In this document: positions 57,103-64,000 of the stretch, one piece after another
Position numbering within the stretch: position 1 is the stretch's first letter
Layout of the letters: every line of letters begins with the position of its first letter
Origin: Thermodesulfobacteriota bacterium
GTDB lineage: Bacteria; Desulfobacterota; Desulfobacteria; Desulfobacterales; SURF-7
DNA length: 64,000 nucleotides
Direction: 5' to 3'
Assembly: GCA_049320885.1 (NCBI GenBank)
Contig: JBMORA010000001.1
Coordinates: 146,622 to 210,621 of the forward strand
The notes under the pieces: generated by a model
The model's input: the letters and a program-made list of their open reading frames with translations, nothing else
Told to the model about the DNA's origin: nothing
The model's database searches: none
Made by a program: the position numbers and the translations under genes

Positions 57103-58962
57103 CTATTCCGCTTTCTCCCGATCCGCTTTTCGGCCGTCGCCGTCCGTGGCACCATTGAGTTTTTCCTGCAGGTTTTCCCGCAGAATTTCGCCAAAGGAAG
57201 ACGTCGCCGGCTTCATATTATTGACATACTCTTTCAGCGTGGTCTCGTCGTCATCCATGTCAATGCGCTTGATGGACAAGCCGATCCGGCGTTCCTCGGT
57301 GTTCACATTCATGACCTTGGCGGTCAGGGTGTCCCCCACATTGTATTGGCCCACCGGCGTCTTGATTTTCTCCTTGCTGATTTCGGAAACATGGACAAGG
57401 CCCTCAATACCCTCTTCCAGTTCAACAAAAATACCGAAATCGGTGACATTGGTAACCGTGCCGGAAATCACCTTGCCCACTTCGTATCGTTCCCGGACGG
57501 TTTTCCAGGGATCCTGCTGGAGCTGTTTGACGCCCAGTGAAAATCGTTCGCTTTCCTTATCAATATCCAGAACGATGGCTTGAACCACATCCCCTTTTTT
57601 ATATACCTCGGACGGATGCTTGATCCGCTTGGTCCATGAAATATCCGAAATGTGAACCAGACCGTCGATATCGTCATCAATGCCGATAAATAAACCGAAA
57701 TCCGTTATATTTTTGATTTTTCCCTCAATTGTCGTGCCGATCGGATACTTTTCGCTGATCACTTCCCATGGATTGGGGACAACTTGTTTCATACCAAGGG
57801 ATATTCTCCGGCTTTCCGGTTTGAGATCCAGCACGACCGCTTCCACCATCTCACCGGTGGAGACGACTTTGGAAGGATGTCGGACCTTCCTGGTCCAGGA
57901 CATCTCGGACACATGAATAAGCCCCTCGACCCCCTCTTCCAACTCGACGAAAGCGCCATAATCGGTCAGACTGACGACTTTGCCTTTCACCTTTGATCCC
58001 ACCGCATATTTTTTGGTTGCCACGGTCCAGGGATCCGGGGACAACTGTTTCATCCCCAAAGAGACTCGTTCTTTCTCCAGGTCAAATGAAAGAACCTTGA
58101 CCTTGATCTTATCTCCCACGGTGAACATTTCCGAAGGATGCTTGACCCGGCCCCAGGAAATATCGGTGATATGCAGCAGTCCGTCCACGCCGCCCAGATC
58201 CACGAAAATTCCATATTCGGTGATATTTTTCACAATGCCTTCCAGCACCTGACCTTCGGTAATGGAAGACAGCGTGGCCGATCGTTTGGACTCTCTTTCC
58301 TGCTCCAGGATGGCCCGGCGCGACAGGACGATATTGCTTCTTTTGCGATTATATTTCAGTATCTTGAATTTAAACGTCTGGCCAACCATTTCATCCAGAT
58401 TCCGAATGGGACGAAGATCCGCCTGGGACCCCGGCAGAAATGCCTGGAGACCGACATCAACGGAAAATCCGCCTTTCACCCGGCTGGTGATCACGCCTTC
58501 GATGGTGCCGTCCGTATCGTATGTTTCCCGGATGGTTTCCCAGACCTTGACTTTTTCAGCCTTTTCTTTCGAAAGTACGACCCGTTCCTCTTCTTCATCC
58601 CAGAATTCAACCATGACTTCGACCTCGTCATGGATGTTCGCATGGACGGCGCCGCTTTCATCTTTGAATTCCTGGATACGGATCTGCCCTTCCGACTTAT
58701 ATCCGATATCGACAAGGACATAATCCTTGTCGACGGCGATAATTCTACCGGTAACGACTTCTCCCTCCGCGAATCTCTTAAAACTTTCCTCGTACAGACC
58801 CATCAGCTCATCCATGCCGCCTTCCCCCTTTCGGGAGCCTTCGGCGAATCCGTCCGCAGTCGGATCATCGGTGGGTTGCGCGCTGCTGTGAAATACAGCC
58901 GCCTCCAACAGGTCATCTCCAATAACATTCTGATTTACATCGCTTTTAAAAGTGTTTTCCAT
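57103..58962 (-). CDS. rpsA: 30S ribosomal protein S1
   Basis: Start ATG 58962 (RBS AAGGGGG); six S1 repeats (YGAFV..EGL.H.SE). Confidence 0.98.
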   Translation of the reverse strand: MENTFKSDVNQNVIGDDLLEAAVFHSSAQPTDDPTADGFAEGSRKGEGGMDELMGLYEESFKRFAEGEVVTGRIIAVDKDYVLVDIGYKSEGQIRIQEFKDESGAVHANIHDEVEVMVEFWDEEEERVVLSKEKAEKVKVWETIRETYDTDGTIEGVITSRVKGGFSVDVGLQAFLPGSQADLRPIRNLDEMVGQTFKFKILKYNRKRSNIVLSRRAILEQERESKRSATLSSITEGQVLEGIVKNITEYGIFVDLGGVDGLLHITDISWGRVKHPSEMFTVGDKIKVKVLSFDLEKERVSLGMKQLSPDPWTVATKKYAVGSKVKGKVVSLTDYGAFVELEEGVEGLIHVSEMSWTRKVRHPSKVVSTGEMVEAVVLDLKPESRRISLGMKQVVPNPWEVISEKYPIGTTIEGKIKNITDFGLFIGIDDDIDGLVHISDISWTKRIKHPSEVYKKGDVVQAIVLDIDKESERFSLGVKQLQQDPWKTVRERYEVGKVISGTVTNVTDFGIFVELEEGIEGLVHVSEISKEKIKTPVGQYNVGDTLTAKVMNVNTEERRIGLSIKRIDMDDDETTLKEYVNNMKPATSSFGEILRENLQEKLNGATDGDGRKADREKAE

Positions 58963-59182
58963 GAACTGTAATACCCCCTTAACCAAATTTTTATTCCGCG
59001 CCCGTGAAGAGCGCGCAATAAGTGAAAGGGCTTATACCAAACGAGCCTGGAAAACACAATGATTAATTCGTCCAACGGATGGATGAGGTCCGCAAGGACT
59101 GCGAAGGCCTATTCCGGATGATCTGGAAGGGGTTTCATGCTTGGCGCCAAAATGGTTGCAGCAAAAGTGGGGCCGGCACCAA

Positions 59183-59854
59183 TCACCGGCCATGTTTTCC
59201 ATGTATCTCCATCAGCATGCGATCCACCACTTCCGTGATGGAAAGCAATGTGGAATCAATGACAATGGCGTCCTCCGCCGGCTTCAGGGGAGCCACTGCA
59301 CGCGTGCTGTCATTTTGATCCCGGCGCATGATGTCGGCCTCGACTTCTTCCAGGCTCTGGGACGATTTTCCGGCCAGCTCACCGAATCGGCGCAATGCCC
59401 GGGTGCGAACCGACGCTTCCAAAAAAAACTTGACGTCGGCTTTGGGAAACACAACCGTGCCCATATCCCGGCCCTCGAAAACCGCTCCGCCTTCGGCCCC
59501 CAGCCTGCGTTGAAGATCGAAAAGGCATTCGCGCACCACCGGTTTGGCGGATATGGCCGACGCCAGCATGGTGATTTCAGGTGTCCGGATGCAATCGGTG
59601 ATATCCCGTTCACTGGACAGCAACCGCAAACCCTGCCCTGCGAACACCAGGCGCAGATCCACCGCCCGGCATAATTTTTCGAGGTCGGCCGGATCTTCAT
59701 GGCGGATATTTCGAAGTTTCGCCTCGTAGGCGATCCCTCGATACAAGGCACCGGTATCGACATAGGTATAGTTCAGGCGCTCCGCCAGGATACGGCTGGC
59801 CGTTGTTTTCCCGGCCCCTGCCGGACCATCGATGGTAATGATCAATTTTCGCAT
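59183..59854 (-). CDS. cmk: cytidylate kinase
   Basis: IDGPAGAGKTT, DTGALYR, EGRDMGTVVFP. Confidence 0.97.
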   Translation of the reverse strand: MRKLIITIDGPAGAGKTTASRILAERLNYTYVDTGALYRGIAYEAKLRNIRHEDPADLEKLCRAVDLRLVFAGQGLRLLSSERDITDCIRTPEITMLASAISAKPVVRECLFDLQRRLGAEGGAVFEGRDMGTVVFPKADVKFFLEASVRTRALRRFGELAGKSSQSLEEVEADIMRRDQNDSTRAVAPLKPAEDAIVIDSTLLSITEVVDRMLMEIHGKHGR

Positions 59855-59964
59855 ATTCCGGGCTCCGAATGGGAAAGACGATTTCCAGGCTATGTGTTTT
59901 ATGATAGTATAACCGATATTCCTGAATCAGGCTATATTCCTTTTTTTCAGTATCGAGGTTCTCC

Positions 59965-61137
59965 ATGACGATTGTTCAAACCGGACTGGAACATTTTATT
60001 GATTCCCCCCCTGGTTGGATTTCAGGCAAACGCATCGGCTTGTTATGCAATCCGGCTTCCGTTGACCGCCGTTTCCGACACGCCCGGGACCTGATCGCTG
60101 AAAGATTTCCCGGCCAATTGACCGCGCTGTTTGCACCCCAACACGGTTTCTTTGCGGAAAAACAGGACAACATGGTGGAATCCGAGGATACCACCGACCC
60201 TCACTGGAACATACCGATTTTCAGCCTGTACGGGAAAACCCGCGTCCCGACAAAAAAAATGTTCGACGCCATCGATATGTTGCTGGTGGACATACAGGAT
60301 GCGGGGACCCGGGTTTATACCTTCATTTATACGCTTTCCTATTGCCTTGAAGTCGCCCGGGAGCAAGGGAAAACAGTGGTCGTGCTGGATCGACCGAATC
60401 CCCTGGGGGGCGTGGCGGTTGAAGGAAACTGTCTCCGGTCCGACTGCGCCTCCTTTGTCGGCCGCTATCCGATTCCCATGCGTCACGGCCTGACCATCGG
60501 TGAAATCGCGCAGCTGTTCAACGAACACTATGGTATCCAATGCGATCTTTCCGTTTTTCCCATGCTCGGGTGGAAACGGTCCATGCTTTTCCCTGAAACC
60601 GGACTTCCCTGGGTCCCCCCGTCGCCCAATCTCCCCACCCCTGCATCCGCCCTGGTTTATCCGGGCCAGGTCCTGTGGGAAGGCACCAATGTTTCCGAAG
60701 GGCGTGGCACGACTCAGCCCTTTGAACTCTTCGGCGCTCCGTTTATCCGTCCGGAACGGTTGGTACGGGAATTGGCGGACGAACCGCTGGAGGGGGTTGT
60801 CCTGAGGCCGGTGATCTTTGAACCCACATCCAATAAATGGAGCGGGAAAAGCTGTTTCGGCTTTCAACTGCATGTGGTCGATTCCGATGCCTACCGGCCC
60901 TATGCGACTTCCCTGAAATTGCTGAAGGCAACCATCCGGCTTCACGGGGATTCTTTTCGTTGGAAGTCTCCCCCCTATGAATATGAATTCAACCGCTGGC
61001 CCATTGATCTCATCATCGGCGACAAGGATGTCCGGCGACGGATCGAGCAAGGTGAATCAATCGAGACAATGGAAAAAGGCTGGCGGCAGGAAGTGGAATC
61101 GTTTCGGGAAATCAGCAACAGGTTCCAACTATATTGA
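59965..61137 (+). CDS. DUF1343 / NamZ-like exo-beta-N-acetylmuramidase family protein
   Basis: LFAPQHG, DIQDAG.R.YT, LDRPNP, RHGLTIGE, PSPN.P, SEGRGT. Confidence 0.9.
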   Translation: MTIVQTGLEHFIDSPPGWISGKRIGLLCNPASVDRRFRHARDLIAERFPGQLTALFAPQHGFFAEKQDNMVESEDTTDPHWNIPIFSLYGKTRVPTKKMFDAIDMLLVDIQDAGTRVYTFIYTLSYCLEVAREQGKTVVVLDRPNPLGGVAVEGNCLRSDCASFVGRYPIPMRHGLTIGEIAQLFNEHYGIQCDLSVFPMLGWKRSMLFPETGLPWVPPSPNLPTPASALVYPGQVLWEGTNVSEGRGTTQPFELFGAPFIRPERLVRELADEPLEGVVLRPVIFEPTSNKWSGKSCFGFQLHVVDSDAYRPYATSLKLLKATIRLHGDSFRWKSPPYEYEFNRWPIDLIIGDKDVRRRIEQGESIETMEKGWRQEVESFREISNRFQLY

Positions 61138-61188
61138 AGCCCGTCCGGGGAATGCGTATTCCACCCGAAATCGCGACAAGAAGGATAC

Positions 61189-61229
61189 AAAAAGCAGGAA
61201 CCCCTCGGAGCCGTGACAGGGTTCCTGCT
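61189..61229 (-). terminator. intrinsic terminator between convergent genes
   Basis: AGCAGGAACCC-N15-GGGTTCCTGCT with a preceding A-tract. Confidence 0.7.
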
Positions 61230-61238
61230 GTTGGACCA

Positions 61239-61511
61239 TCAGGCTTTCTTCTTCAAACTATCGATTTCTTTTTTCAGCTCGGATATCTGCCGGTCCTTGT
61301 CATCCCCAAGCGGGGCCACCGGGTCGACTCCCTCGTCTTTTTTCCAGGTGTCTTTCAATTCGTCAAAACCAAGATACAGGGCCAGACATCCTCCCAGCAG
61401 CAGCATGGCGGGAACAACCCCGGCCAACAGCTGCAGGAATGGTTTAAACCATATCGCCATGCCGATAATTCCCAGGAGAGCTCCAACCGCGCCACCAATT
61501 AATGTTTTCAT
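61239..61511 (-). CDS. small two-TM hypothetical protein with a charged C-terminal tail
   Basis: Strong RBS AAGGAGG; two hydrophobic helices; own terminator. Confidence 0.8.
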   Translation of the reverse strand: MKTLIGGAVGALLGIIGMAIWFKPFLQLLAGVVPAMLLLGGCLALYLGFDELKDTWKKDEGVDPVAPLGDDKDRQISELKKEIDSLKKKA

Positions 61512-61937
61512 AAAACCGTTTCCTCCTTTGACTTGTCATAAATGATTTATTTGATGTGATCCTGAATGAATTTACAGTCACCGATCCACGGTCGGCATGG
61601 CCTGATCCGCGAGCCCTTTGCTACGCGCCGAAGACCATATTTTATAGCCGTTATTTCAAATAGATATACAACTTTTTACCGCTCAACCCAAATTTGCGCA
61701 AAAAGTAACACAACCAACCATCTAACGCAAGACCATTTTTTCAAAAGAAAATCGTTGGAATCCCACAGGGAAGGGGGTTCGTGCCCAAATTGGGAAGAAA
61801 CCTCAACAGCCAGCCGGGACTCCCGAGGGGCAACAATCATATTGCATTGCAAAGAGCCATTTGATAGTTTTACTATTTTTGGTGAATGCGGAAATGGTAC
61901 ACGGCTTGGATCCAACTCATGGACAGGGAAGACTGGA

Positions 61938-64000
61938 ATGATACATGCGCTGAAAAAGGCTTTGCGCCGGTTGAAAACCCTATTGGATAACCTGTTGAAC
62001 AAAGCACTCGATGGAACCCACGATCACTTCGCCTGTCATCTCCCGCCCAAGACCGGCTTCCTGACCAGTTTGGTGCTGCGCTTTTTCCTGTTCGGCATCG
62101 GAATAGACGAAAAAAAAGCTGCCAAACTGAAGGGCCTGGAAAAAGAAGGGGTGGTTGTCTATGTGAATAAATATAAGAGCCGTTTTGAATTTCTGCTCCA
62201 CCACACCCGCTACCAGGCCCTCGGCCTTCCTTTTCCGGAAATCGGGTTTTACTACAACTTCCCCGTATTGCTGCCCCTGACTCGTCTGCTTAGAATTTTT
62301 CTGTCATATGTGGATTATTTCTTTCGGTACTTCCATGCCCCGGATCCCTTCATCAGTGGGTTTATCCGGAATCAATTACTCGAAGGCAAGGCCGGATTCT
62401 TTTCTCTTATCGACAAAAAAGGCTTTCAAAGACGATTCATCAAGGCCAAAACCGATCCTGTGCGGTACCTGATCGAAATACAGCATACCATCGACCGGCC
62501 GGTTTTTGTCATTCCCCAATTGATTTTCTACAGCAAACGCCCCATCCGCACCTCGCCGACACTGATCGATTTCCTGTTCGGCGCGGAAGAATCACCGGGC
62601 AGGATCAGACGTCTGATCACACTGGTTCAGAAACCGAAAAAAATTTTCGTAGAGAATTCAGAGCCCGTCAACCTTAAGGAATTTCTATCGATTCCACGAT
62701 ACAGGACCATGAGTATCGACCAACAGGCCAGAACCCTGCGGGAATATTTGTTGTCCACCATCGATCGACATCGACGCAGCATCATCGGACCGGTGCTGAA
62801 ATCCCGGGTTGAATTGAAAGAAAGCGTTCTCACGAACCGGCATGTTCAGCAATTCATTCAGCAACATGCCAAGGAGGAAGCCGTTTCCATCCGGCATGTC
62901 CAAAAAAAAGCCAACGATTATATTGAAGAAATCGCCGCCAATTACAGCCAGAACTGGATTCAGGTGTTCGATCTTTCCCTGCGCCTCATCCTGCGGATGC
63001 TGTTTGACGGCATGGTGATCGACATGGAAGGGCTTGCCCGGATTAAGGAGCTGTCCACCAAAGGACCGTTGGTGCTGGTCCCATGTCATAAAAGTCATCT
63101 CGACTATCTGATTCTTTCGTTCATTTTTCATCATAACAATATGCCCTGTCCACATATCGCTGCGGGAAAAAACTTGTCATTCTGGCCCATGGGGACGATT
63201 TTCAGGGGCGGCGGTGCTTTTTTCCTGAGGCGCACATTCAAGGGCAATATGCTGTATTCCATCATTTTTTCGCGTTATATCTATAAGATATTACAAGAAG
63301 GATTCAACATCGAATTTTTTATCGAAGGAACCCGCAGCCGAACGGGAAAGCTGCTGATGCCGAAATTGGGACTTCTTTCCATTATCGTGGAGTCCTACCT
63401 GAAAGGAGCCTGTGACGATATCCTCTTCGTACCGATCTTCATCGGTTATGACCGGGTGATTGAGGAAAAATCCTACCTGCATGAGGTCGAGGGGGGCCAG
63501 AAAGAGCCCGAAAGCCTCAAACAGGTGATAAAAGCGCGGAAAACCCTGAAAAAGCGCTATGGCAAGGTATATGTCAACTTCCACGATCCCTTGTCGCTGA
63601 AAGAGTATCTGCATGACCGGGAATACACCAGCCACGAATTGTCCCGTGAAACGCAAAAGGAGATCTGCCAGGATCTCGGTTTCCGGTTCGTCAACGGCAT
63701 CAACCATGTTGCCGTTGTGACGCCCTACGGCGTTGTCGCGAGCGCCATTCTGAACATTTCCAAAAAAAGAGTGCCGTACGAAACCATCGAAGCGTATTTG
63801 ACCGTATACATGGACTACCTGATTTCCATCAAGGCGAAGCGGAGCGACAGTCTCTTATCCCATGACCATCAAAAAACATTTAACTCCGTGTTATCCGTTT
63901 TCGTCCAGCGCAAATTCATCGAGCAGGCCATCTCCAATGAGGAGGAAAGATTACCGAGCAAAAGGCGGCTTTATAAAGTCAATGAAAGCCGGCGCCCCGG
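61938..64000 (+). CDS. plsB: glycerol-3-phosphate O-acyltransferase (runs off the window end)
   Basis: Not in the ORF track (no stop in the window); ATG 61938 is in frame with PCHKSHLDY (63081), GAFFLRR and FIEGTRSRTGK (63318). Confidence 0.9.
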   Translation, partial: MIHALKKALRRLKTLLDNLLNKALDGTHDHFACHLPPKTGFLTSLVLRFFLFGIGIDEKKAAKLKGLEKEGVVVYVNKYKSRFEFLLHHTRYQALGLPFPEIGFYYNFPVLLPLTRLLRIFLSYVDYFFRYFHAPDPFISGFIRNQLLEGKAGFFSLIDKKGFQRRFIKAKTDPVRYLIEIQHTIDRPVFVIPQLIFYSKRPIRTSPTLIDFLFGAEESPGRIRRLITLVQKPKKIFVENSEPVNLKEFLSIPRYRTMSIDQQARTLREYLLSTIDRHRRSIIGPVLKSRVELKESVLTNRHVQQFIQQHAKEEAVSIRHVQKKANDYIEEIAANYSQNWIQVFDLSLRLILRMLFDGMVIDMEGLARIKELSTKGPLVLVPCHKSHLDYLILSFIFHHNNMPCPHIAAGKNLSFWPMGTIFRGGGAFFLRRTFKGNMLYSIIFSRYIYKILQEGFNIEFFIEGTRSRTGKLLMPKLGLLSIIVESYLKGACDDILFVPIFIGYDRVIEEKSYLHEVEGGQKEPESLKQVIKARKTLKKRYGKVYVNFHDPLSLKEYLHDREYTSHELSRETQKEICQDLGFRFVNGINHVAVVTPYGVVASAILNISKKRVPYETIEAYLTVYMDYLISIKAKRSDSLLSHDHQKTFNSVLSVFVQRKFIEQAISNEEERLPSKRRLYKVNESRRP

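Noticed and set aside
61676..63707. Short minus-strand ORFs at the window end
   Set aside because: Mostly antisense to the open plsB frame starting at 61938, and without recognisable motifs

Overview
Bacterial chromosomal window, probably from a sulfate-reducing Desulfobacterota (deltaproteobacterial) organism; this is inferred from the complete rrf2-hmcABCDEF operon. Bases 1-30.1 kb are an accessory exopolysaccharide/cell-surface region: glycosyltransferases, wecB, wecE, CapK-like and ATP-grasp ligases, a Wzx flippase, an outer-membrane beta-barrel and several secreted proteins, bounded on the right by tRNA-Leu(CAG). Bases 30.3-64 kb are mostly housekeeping genes (ribF, def, fmt, rsmB, hmc operon, PASTA protein, rpe, aroQ, prc, oleA-like, dnaE, guaB, sppA, rpsA, cmk, namZ-like, partial plsB). 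The most striking structure is a tandem trio of secreted paralogs at 7.6-17.0 kb with lengths of exactly 2184, 2850 and 3516 bp. They carry 1, 2 and 3 copies of a 666-bp [CBM-like + PKD] module in front of a shared core. That core has a putative caspase/gingipain-like His-Cys dyad split by an apparently circularly permuted CBM-like domain. Each gene has its own near-identical sigma-54 promoter and a conserved upstream motif. A second notable gene (22217-24349) appears to encode a polyprotein: a CFI-type membrane-tailed beta-helix protein, an internal signal peptide, then a small outer-membrane beta-barrel. All functional calls come from motif reading only; no searches were run.
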